A stretch of DNA of 64,000 nt from Candidatus Poribacteria bacterium. GTDB lineage: Bacteria; Poribacteria; WGA-4E; WGA-3G. The stretch's first letter is position 1. Every line of letters begins with the position of its first letter. Location: the NCBI GenBank assembly GCA_963665235.2, contig CAXXLX010000001.1, positions 3,520,001 through 3,584,000 of the forward strand, in the 5' to 3' direction. The position numbers and the translations under genes are program-made. The notes beneath the pieces were generated by a model, which worked only from the letters and a program-made list of their open reading frames with translations, ran no database searches and was not told the DNA's origin. Shown piece after piece: positions 29,377 to 39,949 of the stretch.

Positions 29377-31196
29377 GAATCCGGCTTCCCAATTGGCAGC
29401 ACAAAATAGACAACTGTGCCTTGTCCCAATTCACTTTCTAACCCTATCCGACCGTTGTGGCACAGCAGGATATGTTTGGCAATTGCCAAGCCTAAGCCTG
29501 TCCCTCCCATTGCGCGCGCACGTCCGCTGTCTACCCGATAAAACCTTTCAAACACGCGGGATTGTGCTTCTAATGGGATGCCGATGCCTGTGTCGGCTAT
29601 CCGGACGATGATTTCAGTCTGCGCCTCATCACTGTCCTGCGCCTGCTGCCCTTCGTTGGATGGGGCAGTCCCGATTTCAGCGGAGACAGTAATCGTCCCG
29701 CCATCAGGTGTATACTTAATCGCATTATCGATGAGGTTCACGAAAATCTGTGTGAAGAGCTGTCTATCCACATGAACCTGCGGTAAATTCTCAGGGATGT
29801 CCCACATCAAAACAATATTTGATTCCTCTAATGCCGGTTCAAACAGGTCCAAAATCGGTTTGTGGAAAACATCAAGGTGACAAGGGGTGTGTTTCAATTG
29901 GACATCGCCTGATTCAAGCCGCGCGAGTTCGAGCAAATCGGAGACGAGACGTGAGAGCCGCGCGGCATGATTTAGGATTTTGACAATAAACTGCTCATGT
30001 GTCTTGCTGTCAGCAAGCTCACTATTCAACAAAGTTTCGGCGTACCCCTGGATTGAGGTCAAAGGGGTTCGCAGTTCATGTGAGACGTTGGCCACGAAAT
30101 CTGCGCGTATCCGCTCCAATTGCCGTACCCGACTCACATCGTGGATAGCAATAACGTACTCCCGTCCAGCAGATACAGGCACAACGGTAACCTCTGCCTC
30201 CGGCTCTCCTAGATTTCCGAGTCGAATTTCTGCAAAAGCGACTGAATCGGTCTGTTCCGCTTGCTTGAGCAGTGCTTGTAGTTCAGGGATGCGGTTGATT
30301 TCAATCAGCGGGCTGCCGATATATGCCTCCGGGAGCGTCAGCATAGCAATCGCGGCGGGATTAGCGTAGGTAATTTCGGATGCTCCGTTCACCAGCAGTA
30401 AGCCTTCACTCATATTGGTCAAAATCGTTTCCAAACGTTGATGTTCTTGGGATATCTTGTGAAGCTGCCCCTGAATTCTGTCCGCCATCCGATTGAAATT
30501 CTGTGAGAGTTGCCCCAATTCGTTGTTAGAATTGACTGGTGCCCGCGAGGTAATTTTCCCGGCAGCAAGCGATTGCGTTGTCTGCGTCAAGTTCCCAATC
30601 GGTTTGACAATAGCCCCCGTGGTGAAAATGCTAACCAAAATTGCAAGAATTAAGCCTGCAATACTTGCAAATAGGAGCATCTGCCGGAGATTCCCAATTG
30701 CTGTATTAACAGCCTCCTTCGGCAGTGCAACGCGGCAAACACCTATTAGTGTGTCGTTTCGTTTTATCGGCAGTGCGAAGTAGTGGAACTCGGTTTGGGT
30801 TGTTGTACTGTAGCGGTCGCGCATGCCGGTTCCGAGTGCTATTGCGTCACGCACCTCAGGACGATTCCGATGATTGTCCATCAGACGGAGTGCCTGCCCA
30901 TTGCGTTCTGTATCTCCCCAGACAACGCCATCTTCGCCTATGAACGTCAAACGTGCTTTACCTGTCTTTCCAAGTCTATCAATAAGCGGGTCTATCGTTT
31001 CATAAGCGAATGCATCTACTTCAGAAAGTTTTTCAATCAGAAATTCTCGCGCTAATTTCGCCTGAATTTCCAATTCGCTTGTAATCCGGCTATTCAGTGA
31101 GTCGTTGAGCGTTTGCCCAAGATAGAGGTACATCGCGAATAACACCAAAAGCACGATACCTATATAACTGAGCGTCAGTTGTGTCCGAATATTCAT
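29373..31196 (-). CDS. PhoR-like sensor histidine kinase (HAMP-PAS-HisKA-HATPase)
   Basis: MDNHRNRPEV, FVANVSHELRTPL and FERFYRVD..GGTGLGL motifs; start MNIRTQ. Confidence 0.9.
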   Translation of the reverse strand: MNIRTQLTLSYIGIVLLVLFAMYLYLGQTLNDSLNSRITSELEIQAKLAREFLIEKLSEVDAFAYETIDPLIDRLGKTGKARLTFIGEDGVVWGDTERNGQALRLMDNHRNRPEVRDAIALGTGMRDRYSTTTQTEFHYFALPIKRNDTLIGVCRVALPKEAVNTAIGNLRQMLLFASIAGLILAILVSIFTTGAIVKPIGNLTQTTQSLAAGKITSRAPVNSNNELGQLSQNFNRMADRIQGQLHKISQEHQRLETILTNMSEGLLLVNGASEITYANPAAIAMLTLPEAYIGSPLIEINRIPELQALLKQAEQTDSVAFAEIRLGNLGEPEAEVTVVPVSAGREYVIAIHDVSRVRQLERIRADFVANVSHELRTPLTSIQGYAETLLNSELADSKTHEQFIVKILNHAARLSRLVSDLLELARLESGDVQLKHTPCHLDVFHKPILDLFEPALEESNIVLMWDIPENLPQVHVDRQLFTQIFVNLIDNAIKYTPDGGTITVSAEIGTAPSNEGQQAQDSDEAQTEIIVRIADTGIGIPLEAQSRVFERFYRVDSGRARAMGGTGLGLAIAKHILLCHNGRIGLESELGQGTVVYFVLPIGKPDS

Positions 31197-31322
31197 TAAG
31201 TCTCCTCTTGAAAATCGGTTTTGCTGCCGGTGAAAAAATAGGCAGATAACTTGAGAATTACCTGCCTTCTGTGTTACGGTCGACATTTCCTGAAGCTTTC
31301 GTTACCTGAGGAGGGGCCCCAC

Positions 31323-32366
31323 TCAATCTGTTCGCTTGAGGTGACCCCACCGAACGGTAAGTTTCTCCAATGGAGACACAGCGAGAGACCCTGCTACCCA
31401 ATGTGGATAGAGAGCGTTGCCCTTCGGGAGGTTTGTCAGATTTGTCAACTGACGACTACCTAAGTCATAACGATAGATGTCATAATTGGCATCGGGGGCA
31501 TGCACGTCGAATTGGATATATAAAAGCACCGTGCTATCGTCTTCCATCCAACATCCCACGCCGACTAGCGAATCTACAGGAAAATCGTGTATCTCTCTCT
31601 TGCCTGTCAGCACGTTCTGAACAATGAGACGTTCCGCGAATTTTTTCCAATCAAGCGTGCCCTCTAATTCACTGTACATGATGTATTTACCAGAGGGGGA
31701 CCAGCTTACCTCATGTCGCCAAAGAATGGTTCCGCCATGGTGAGCTGGGCTGAGCTGTTTTCTGTCGCCTCTGCCATCCGCATTGACAATCCAAATGTTT
31801 TCACCTTTAGGCCCCTCATGTTCGTAGGCGAGCTGTTTGCTATTCGGAGACCAGGCCAAATCTTAGCGGACCACCCCTTGTGATTGAAGTTATCTGTTAC
31901 CTGTCCCAGTCTTCCGCTTTCTAAATGTAGTGTGTAGATATCATAGTGCCCCGAGCGGTCACTCTTAAATGCAATCTGTTTACCATCCGGTGATACTCTC
32001 GGCATAGTATCTGTCGGGTGATTGTCCATGAAGCGGTGTTCATTCAGTACCTATAGCATCGATGATATAAAACTCGGCATTTTGGACAACACCATTTCCT
32101 CGACTGAGGTCCCTTTCAAATACAATCCATTTGCCATCTGGAAACCAGCTCGGATGATGATCATAATGCAATGGACTTGTGATTCTTCGGACATTGCTAC
32201 CGTTGTCTTCCATCGCGTAGATATGATAAGCAGTATCGCCTGCTTGTTTCGATGCAAACACAATCTTGGCATAAGTGTGCAACGGGAAAACAAGCAAAAA
32301 CAAAAGGAATAAGGGTGCAAAGTTCACACTAACACGATAGCCACTGCTGAAAAGTTTATCTCTCAT
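31323..32366 (-). pseudogene. TolB-like PD40-repeat exported protein split into three frames
   Basis: Fragments 32040-32366, 31706-32029 and 31323-31859 each carry PSWFPDGK/SPDGKQIAF/WSPSGK repeats and join with two frameshifts. Confidence 0.75.
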
Positions 32367-32582
32367 CTGTAACCTCCTTGTGAGGCACGAGCAACACGGG
32401 TTGGACCCAAAGCTAAAGCATTGGGATTGTTAAGTGAGTCTCTTCATTGTAAAATTTTACGCGAAAAATGTCAAGAAAAAAGTAGAGAAGCATCGTCTAA
32501 TTTCCCCTTGACATTTAAATAACATTTTGCTAAACTACATCTATGCTCATCAAATTTAGCAAAATCAGAAGAGGGCACAACC

Positions 32583-33479
32583 ATGAATATCCGAATTGAG
32601 GGGATTTTTTCACCAACGATAACACCACTTGACGAAAAAGAACGCATCGATGAAACCGCATTTGTCAAACAACTTAACCGCTTGATAGACAATGGCGTAC
32701 ACGGCATCTATCTATTGGGCTCTTCCGGTGAGTTTACGACTTTGACAAACAGAGAACGCGAACGGGCGATGGATATCGCTACCAAAACTATTGCAGGACG
32801 TGTGCCTGTGATATGTTGTGTGATGGATACAAGCACACAACGCGTAATCCAAAATATTGAAACAGCCCAACAATTTGACATCGACGCGGTTGCAACAACC
32901 CCCGGTTATTATTATCCTTCCACAGATGACGCGGACATAATCCAATTTTATCACGCTATTGCCGCAAGCACTGAACTCCCGGTCCTAATTTACAATATCC
33001 CGTCTACCGCCAAAACAGCGATTAAACCGAATATCGTCGCGCAACTCGCTGATGAGTGCAATAATATCGTTGGAATGAAGGATAGTTCCGGCGATTGGAT
33101 AAACTGCCTTAATCTCTTGACACTCCTCGGTGAACGTGACGACTTCGCTATTATGATTGGGTCACACTTTATTATCGGGGCAGCGGTGTTATTTGGGGCA
33201 GATGGCGGGGTCGTCTCTATTTCAAACGTCGCCCCCAGGGAAGCTGTCGCACTCTACAACGCCGCAAAAGCACGCGACATTGATGAAGTACACCGCCTCC
33301 AAAAGTGGTTGCTCAAACTCAGCAAACTCTATACTTATGGACAGGGTGTAAGCGGTATGAAGGCATGTCTGGAAATTATGGGTATCTGTAAGGCATACAC
33401 AACAGGTCCGTTGCTTCCGCTTGACGCGGCAGCGAAAATCGAACTTAAGGAATTGCTGACCGAGTTAGGGCTCTTATGA
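32583..33479 (+). CDS. Dihydrodipicolinate synthase family aldolase
   Basis: GSSGE, IYNIP and GMKDSSGD Schiff-base Lys motifs. Confidence 0.9.
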   Translation: MNIRIEGIFSPTITPLDEKERIDETAFVKQLNRLIDNGVHGIYLLGSSGEFTTLTNRERERAMDIATKTIAGRVPVICCVMDTSTQRVIQNIETAQQFDIDAVATTPGYYYPSTDDADIIQFYHAIAASTELPVLIYNIPSTAKTAIKPNIVAQLADECNNIVGMKDSSGDWINCLNLLTLLGERDDFAIMIGSHFIIGAAVLFGADGGVVSISNVAPREAVALYNAAKARDIDEVHRLQKWLLKLSKLYTYGQGVSGMKACLEIMGICKAYTTGPLLPLDAAAKIELKELLTELGLL

Positions 33480-34747
33480 TTGAGATACAACCGCTTCACA
33501 TCCCGCCCAACGTTACAATAGCGGTGCCCGGTTCTAAAAGTTATACCAATCGTGCGCTGTTAGTTGCTGCGCTTGCACACGGCAACTCTACGTTGACAGG
33601 TGCACTTTTCAGCGATGATACGCATTATATGTGCAATGCCCTCCAAAAACTCGGTACCCCCATCGTAGAAGATAGAGCACACGCCACTTTTCATGTCACC
33701 GGAAACGGTGGGCATATTCCCGCCCAGGGTGCTGAACTTTATATAGGCAACTCCGGCACAACCTCCCGTTCGCTTATCAGTTATGTTTCCCTCGGACGCG
33801 GCAAATTCATCATTGATGGCGATGAACCGATGCGACGCGGTAGACCTATCTCTGAACTTCTGGATGCACTGACGTTGCTGGGGGTTTCAGCACGTTCACA
33901 ATTTAACAACGGACATCTCCCTGTTGTTGTGAAAGCGGATGGACTTGAAGGTGGAAAAACTCGGCTCGATGCCAGCAGAAGCAGTCAATTTTTGACCTCC
34001 CTGATGCTTATTGCACCCTACACAAAAAACGGCATGGAGATAGAGGTAGTCGGCAACCTCAAAACACCATACATTGACATAACGGTGGCGGTTATGGAGG
34101 CTTTCGGTGTACAGGTTATCAATGAAGATTATAGATATTTCCGCATTGCGGGGGGACAGCAATATCAATCGCGTACTTACGCCATTGAGCCGGATGCCTC
34201 CAGTGCATCCTACTTTTTCGCTGCTGCCGCAATCACCAGCGGATGTGTCACCGTCAAGCATCTACACACAGATTCCGCACAAGGCGATGTTCAATTTATT
34301 CACGTTCTGGAAAAGATGGGATGCAACGTCACTGCTTCCGGTACCGGCATTACCGTTAGCGGCCCGGTGCAATTGAGGGGAATAGATGTAGATATGAAAG
34401 CGATTTCGGATACCGCACTGACACTCGCAGCAATCGCGCCTTTTGCCGACAGCAGCGTTGTCATACGGAACATTGAGCATATACGTTGGCAGGAGACCGA
34501 CAGAATTCATGCAATGGTGACCGAACTCCGAAAATTAGGCGTGCCGGTCGTTGAACACCAAGACAGCGTTGAAATCTCACCGGCTCGCATTATCCCCGCA
34601 GCTGTTGACACCTACAGTGACCATCGTATAGCGATGGCGTTTTCCCTCATCGGTTTGAAGGTGCCCGGTATCCAGATTAATGATCCGGCCTGTGTCAATA
34701 AGACGTTTCCCAATTATTTTGAGGTGTTACAGGAGCTGTATGTTTGA
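33476..34747 (+). CDS. aroA: EPSP synthase
   Basis: PGSKSYTNRAL, GNSGT, SSQF, ETDRI and DHRIAMAF motifs. Confidence 0.96.
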   Translation: MIEIQPLHIPPNVTIAVPGSKSYTNRALLVAALAHGNSTLTGALFSDDTHYMCNALQKLGTPIVEDRAHATFHVTGNGGHIPAQGAELYIGNSGTTSRSLISYVSLGRGKFIIDGDEPMRRGRPISELLDALTLLGVSARSQFNNGHLPVVVKADGLEGGKTRLDASRSSQFLTSLMLIAPYTKNGMEIEVVGNLKTPYIDITVAVMEAFGVQVINEDYRYFRIAGGQQYQSRTYAIEPDASSASYFFAAAAITSGCVTVKHLHTDSAQGDVQFIHVLEKMGCNVTASGTGITVSGPVQLRGIDVDMKAISDTALTLAAIAPFADSSVVIRNIEHIRWQETDRIHAMVTELRKLGVPVVEHQDSVEISPARIIPAAVDTYSDHRIAMAFSLIGLKVPGIQINDPACVNKTFPNYFEVLQELYV

Positions 34748-34766
34748 AAAGAGCTGTTAATCTCGC

Positions 34767-35495
34767 TTATTCGCCGCCGACTTCGCCAACCTCAATTTCA
34801 ATTTCATCACGGTGCCGAATCCGTTCTACATATCCGTCGCGAATATCCACAATCCGATCGGAGACATCAAGCATTTTGAGGTCATGTGTTGCTGATATTA
34901 CGGTAACCCCGTGCTCTGTATTCAACTGCTTGATGAGGTCAATAATTTCGCGTCCTGTAACGGTATCCAGATTTGCCGTGGGTTCATCTGCAAGGATGAT
35001 GCTCGGATCATTTGCGAGGGCTCTGGCGATAGCGACCCGTTGACGTTGGCCTCCAGAGAGTTCATCGGGGAGATGATACATCCTATCCCCTAAACCGACC
35101 ATGTCCAAAAGTTTTTCAGCCTTTTCATTCCGTTGTTTTTCAGAGATGCCAGCGAAGATCATCGGCAGGGTTACGTTTCCATGTGCGGTACGCACGTGCA
35201 AAAGATTATAGCTCTGAAAGATATAGCCGACGCGGTGGCACCGAAACGCGGCAATCTGTCTTTGGGACAGTTGGGACATGTTTTGTCCATCAATGTAAAC
35301 GTTTCCCTCTGTCGGTCGGTCTAACGCGCCGATCATGTTAAAGAGGGTTGATTTACCGGACCCTGAGGGGCCCATCAGTGAGATATATTCTCCGCGTTCA
35401 ATTTCGATGTTGATACCGTCCAAAGCGCGGAGGACGTTTGAGCCCATTCGATATTCTTTGACGACATCTTCAGTTTTTACAACGATATCAGACAT
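34767..35495 (-). CDS. ABC transporter ATP-binding protein (LolD/MacB-like)
   Basis: GPSGSGKST, LSGGQRQRVAIARAL and ADEPT motifs. Confidence 0.93.
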   Translation of the reverse strand: MSDIVVKTEDVVKEYRMGSNVLRALDGINIEIERGEYISLMGPSGSGKSTLFNMIGALDRPTEGNVYIDGQNMSQLSQRQIAAFRCHRVGYIFQSYNLLHVRTAHGNVTLPMIFAGISEKQRNEKAEKLLDMVGLGDRMYHLPDELSGGQRQRVAIARALANDPSIILADEPTANLDTVTGREIIDLIKQLNTEHGVTVISATHDLKMLDVSDRIVDIRDGYVERIRHRDEIEIEVGEVGGE

Positions 35496-35516
35496 AGTAG
35501 CTCCTTTAGTTATGGC

Positions 35517-36194
35517 TTAGACTTCGGTACGCATCGCTTCGGCGGGAGGAAGTTTCGCTGCACGCCAGGCAGGAAACGATGAACCGATGACAGCTAAAAT
35601 CATGCCGAGCACACATCCGAACAGGATAAGCAATAACGCCCCAAGTTGCATCGGGCCGTCTTCAGGCCGGGCAGGCAATAGCGGGAAATAGAAGAATAGA
35701 TCTAGGCCATAGTTTTTTAACCCTAAGATGATTGCTCCTAATGCGCCGATAAGTGCGCCGATGAGCGCGCCTGCAAATCCTTGGAACCCAGATTCGAGAA
35801 GGAATAGACGCACCACAAACCCATCCAATGCGCCGAGGCATTTCATTGTGCCTATTTCACGGAATCGCTCGGTCACTGCCATTAACATAGAGTTGGCAAT
35901 TCCGACGACGCAAACAATTAGGGACATGATAATGAGCCAGATGTCCTTCGTTGAGATGCCTTGCTCGGTTGTTTCATCGAGGCTTGCAATGGCAGAGCTC
36001 CGTCCGCTCTCTTGGAGGGCAAAATCAATTTCGTTATTCATCCAGACAGAAACGAGAAAAGCGATACCGAGCGTAATACCGGCTGTCGTAATAATAGAGC
36101 GGCCGAATCGAATTTTCAGGCTTTGAAAACTAATCCGAAGCGATTCTACAAACGGAAGATCGATCTGTTCCTCAATAGGTGTTTTTTGCTGCAA
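35517..36194 (-). CDS. FtsX-like ABC permease
   Basis: MLMAVTERFREIGTMKCLGA, PAWRAAKLPP; TTG start with GGAGG RBS. Confidence 0.85.
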   Translation of the reverse strand: MQQKTPIEEQIDLPFVESLRISFQSLKIRFGRSIITTAGITLGIAFLVSVWMNNEIDFALQESGRSSAIASLDETTEQGISTKDIWLIIMSLIVCVVGIANSMLMAVTERFREIGTMKCLGALDGFVVRLFLLESGFQGFAGALIGALIGALGAIILGLKNYGLDLFFYFPLLPARPEDGPMQLGALLLILFGCVLGMILAVIGSSFPAWRAAKLPPAEAMRTEV

Positions 36195-36337
36195 ATCTTC
36201 GCCTCCTTGTTTTTCTATTGGCAATTAGCGATTGGCAATTAGCAATTGGCAAGAGGTTTGTGATTATAGTCAGGTTTATGACGCGCGTCAGAAATGACTC
36301 CCTCTTGCTAACGGTTTCCACCAGCTAATCTGCCCCG

Positions 36338-36604
36338 TTACGCCTCTATATCCTCTATGGTTTGCACTTCTAACGCTTGTGTGAGGATTGAATCTAGGCG
36401 TTCGAGACTCCGCATTCTCCCGATTTTACGGGTGAGTGTATCGGGAATATCGCCAAAACGGAAGTGTAACACTTTCAGGATAGCCTCCCGCTTCGCACGA
36501 ACCACACCGCGCTGTTCACCGCGCTGTTCACCGCGCTGTTCACCGCGCTGTTCACCGATTTCTATACCTTGTTCCATCAATTCGTGTGCTATTGTGCGTG
36601 TCAT
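36338..36604 (-). pseudogene. Duplicated 3' end of the adjacent rpn gene (C-terminal domain only)
   Basis: Near-identical to 36761-37015 with one extra GEQR repeat. Confidence 0.75.
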
Positions 36605-36760
36605 TGAATTAGCAAATGGCAATTAGCAATTAGCAAGAGGTTGTGATTCTAAGAACATATCTGAAGCGCGTCAGAGGCATCTTCCTCTGGTTTCCAACGG
36701 TTTCCATAAGTCAGCGAATCTATAAACCAACAGCCAACAGCCAACAGCCAATCTGTCCCC

Positions 36761-38113
36761 TTACGCCTCTATATCCTCTATGGCTTGCGCTTCTAACGCT
36801 TGTGTATGGATTGAATCTAGGCGTTCGAGACTGCGCATTCTCCCGATTTTACGGGTGAGTGTATCGGGAATATCGCCAAAACGGAAGTGTAACACTTTCA
36901 GGATAGCCTCCCGCTTCGCACGAACCACACCGCGCTGTTCACCGCGCTGTTCACCGCGCTGTTCACCGATTTCTATACCTTGTTCCATCAACTCGTGTGC
37001 TATTGTGCGTTTCATTGAATTTACCTCCAAAGTAGGGGTATGTTTATCAACAAGTTCTATCAACGCTTCATGCTCCGCCGGAGGCCGGCGATACATGATA
37101 AGCGATAGAATATATTGAATTGCCTCACGTCTCTCAGCCGCCTGGTCCGCAGGAAGCGTATCCGTGTGCATTAGCATATCAACTAAGACACGACTTAGCT
37201 CCTCTGGGCTTGCGTGCTCTTTTTGCAGCACCGTAAGCAGCCAACCTATCAGATGTTCTGTCTGCGTTAGCACTTCCACCTCTGTCTCTTTGACATCCAG
37301 CTGCACCGTCTCAAACTTTGGAATAAAACGTTCCAGCTCCTTGGGGAGGTCCATGAGTGCTTCCAGGGTCAGCGGAACGTTCCAGCTCTGGTCGCCTGTG
37401 TAAAAGAGTATCGGCAGAATCGGGGACAAGCGGCGTTCACTTTTGGGAGGCTTGTCTTTCTCCCATCGTCTGATTTCTGCGTCCCATATCGATACCATGT
37501 AATACCATTCCTAATTGAAAATGTCTCTTTGTAGTAGCATAAACTTCCAGTTTGTGCTTTGTAGTAGCATAAACTTCCAGTTTGTGCTTTGTAGTAGCAT
37601 AAACTTCCAGTTTGTGCTCTTTATTGTAGCATAAACTTCCAGTTTGTGCTCTTTATTGTAGCATAAACTTCCAGTTTGTGCTTTGTAGTAGCATAAACTT
37701 TTAGTTTGGGTCTTCCGTTCTCCGTTTCATTTCTAACAACCGGTAATGATAGAATAATTAATAAAAATGGTATAAGATAGAAAACGAAATCCCATCGTCT
37801 CGTCCACCGTCGATTGGTGTTCGATATGGATATGTATTATGACTTCATCGGTTTTATCGGCTGTTTGAAAAGGCGCACGATACAAAATATCCGCTTCTCG
37901 TTCCCGTAAGTCTCTCGGAATGAAACTCGTGCTAAGCCGCTCAAGCCCGCTAAAATTGATACGGGGGGCAAGGTCAGGGACAGCAATTTCTACCAACCCC
38001 TGAACGTTTACCGGTCTTTGAAGCAACCAGCGCAGGCTTCTGTCTGAAAAGTGTGCGACCTTTCCACCGAGTAAATCATTGAGAGCGGTTGTCTCTTTCG
38101 TTTCCTCTGCCAT
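36761..38113 (-). pseudogene. Rpn family nuclease/putative transposase interrupted by a MITE
   Basis: N-half (ADILY..HIEHQS..MGFRFLSY) and C-half (MVSIW..) rejoin in frame once 37503-37772 and one TAA are removed. Confidence 0.88.
37503..37772. mobile_element. MITE family 1 (inverted), 6 units
   Basis: Family 1 ends; TAA duplication at 37500-37502 and 37773-37775. Confidence 0.9.
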
Positions 38114-38483
38114 CTTTCCTCTCAGTTCCTTAGGAATTAAACAGTGTCGTCAAGTAAAATAGACAAGTTTAGTATAACACAATTTGGCAATTAGCAATTA
38201 GCAATTAGCAAGAGGTTGTGATTCTAAGCACATATCTGACGCGCGTTAGAGTCCTCTTTCTCTTGCCAACGGTTTCCAATAGCCAATAGCCATTTGGGGC
38301 GTTCGTTTCTTTCGTTTCCTCTGCCATCTTTCCTCTCAGTTCCTTAGGAATTAAACAGTGTCGTCAAGTAAAATAGACAAGTTTAGTATAACACAATTTG
38401 GCAATTAGCAATTAGCAATTAGCAAGAGGTTGTGATTCTAAGCACATATCTGACGCGCGTCAGAGTCCTCTTTCTCTTGCCAA
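38094..38483. repeat. 214-bp-period direct duplication covering the rpn start, upstream region and a heptamer/palindrome element
   Basis: 38094-38269 is repeated at 38308-38483. Confidence 0.85.
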
Positions 38484-38677
38484 TTGCCATAAGCCAATAA
38501 CCAATAGCCATTTTAGTATAACACAATTTGACGAAACATGGCAAACTTTTTTTGCCGGGTGTGTAAAGTTTTTGTCCATAAGTGTCAGTTTATGGTAAAT
38601 AGAAAAATAGAAAGAACGCGCTGTGCTGGCGACCGCCACCGCAAAAATGCAAAAATGTCGAAAACTAAATAGTCCTG

Positions 38678-39700
38678 CTAATTCTCAATTTTTATATCTC
38701 CCCAGAACGTGAGAAATTTATTCAAGGCTGCTACGTTCAGACCATTGAGAGTCAACGCCTCTACGGTAGGTAAAATTTGGGGGCCGAGACCTTCGACAAC
38801 ACCGCCTACAGCGTAGATTCTATCGTTGACAGTGCCAGCTCCCAAGAAAACCCGCGCTGTTGGCATATCTACGCTTTTCTGCCAGGTATCAGTTGAGGGT
38901 TGATATATTTCGACTGTTGCCAAACCGGGACCTTGCACAGTAAGTGTACCCCCAATTGCGTAGATTTTTGAATTCACGGTGCCGACTGCAAGGGCGGTTC
39001 TGGGAGTAGGTATATTTGCTTTTTTGGTCCATGTGTCAGTGCTTGGGTCATATTCTTCCACAGCTTTAACAATTGGACCTGCCACGCCGCTGACCCCTCC
39101 GATCAGGTATATTTTATCATTAACCGTAGCAGCAGCCATTCCCGACCGAGGATTTGACATATCCGCTTTTTTGGTCCATGTATCAGTGCTTGGGTCGTAT
39201 TCTTCCACAGCCGGTAGGACAGGGCCAACATTTTGTGCAACCCCACCAATTGCATATATCTTACCATTTGCGGCAACAGCTACAAAAAACGATCGGGGTG
39301 TAGGCATATCCGCTTTTTGTGTCCATGTGTCAGTGCTTGGGTCATATTCTTCGACTGTTCCGAGGGCAGGATTTTGTCCATCCCATCCCCCGATTGCATA
39401 TATTTTTCCGCCGGCTTCGCAGGCAACAGCCCCTGCGCGGGCAGATAGCAGACTCGCTTTCTGAACCCATTCGTCTGTTTCGGGGATATAGGCTTCGACA
39501 CTATCGACCGGTGCAGCAAGCATTCCGCCAATAACATATATCTCTTTGTCAACAGCGGAAACTGAGAAAAAGAGTCTCGGGTTGGCCATATCTGTTTTCT
39601 GCGTCCACTCTTGTGCGTTGACACTGCATATCAAAGCGAAAACACCTACTATGCTTAATAACCAACCCCATTGAAAAATTGAAATCGTGTGTTTTTTCAC
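38678..39700 (-). CDS. Exported Kelch-repeat protein
   Basis: Six KIYAIGG..VEEYDPSTDTWT.KA.MPTPR repeats; signal peptide. Confidence 0.93.
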   Translation of the reverse strand: MKKHTISIFQWGWLLSIVGVFALICSVNAQEWTQKTDMANPRLFFSVSAVDKEIYVIGGMLAAPVDSVEAYIPETDEWVQKASLLSARAGAVACEAGGKIYAIGGWDGQNPALGTVEEYDPSTDTWTQKADMPTPRSFFVAVAANGKIYAIGGVAQNVGPVLPAVEEYDPSTDTWTKKADMSNPRSGMAAATVNDKIYLIGGVSGVAGPIVKAVEEYDPSTDTWTKKANIPTPRTALAVGTVNSKIYAIGGTLTVQGPGLATVEIYQPSTDTWQKSVDMPTARVFLGAGTVNDRIYAVGGVVEGLGPQILPTVEALTLNGLNVAALNKFLTFWGDIKIEN

Positions 39701-39949
39701 GTAATCCTCCTAACTAACGTTTACTATGAATTTCCGAAGAGCTTCTTTCATCCTCCAAAGTCTTCAAATTTTAAATATTTTTGATAAATCCGGGGCATCC
39801 CCCCTATTTTAGTCATTTTAGGTTTGAAAAAAGTTCGCGCTTTTTTGACAGTGGACAGGATAATATGATATACTGCCTTTTAAACCAACTTCAATTTATC
39901 CTTTGAAACCGTCTTCCGGGATGTCAGGTCAAAGGCAGGTATACACCAG

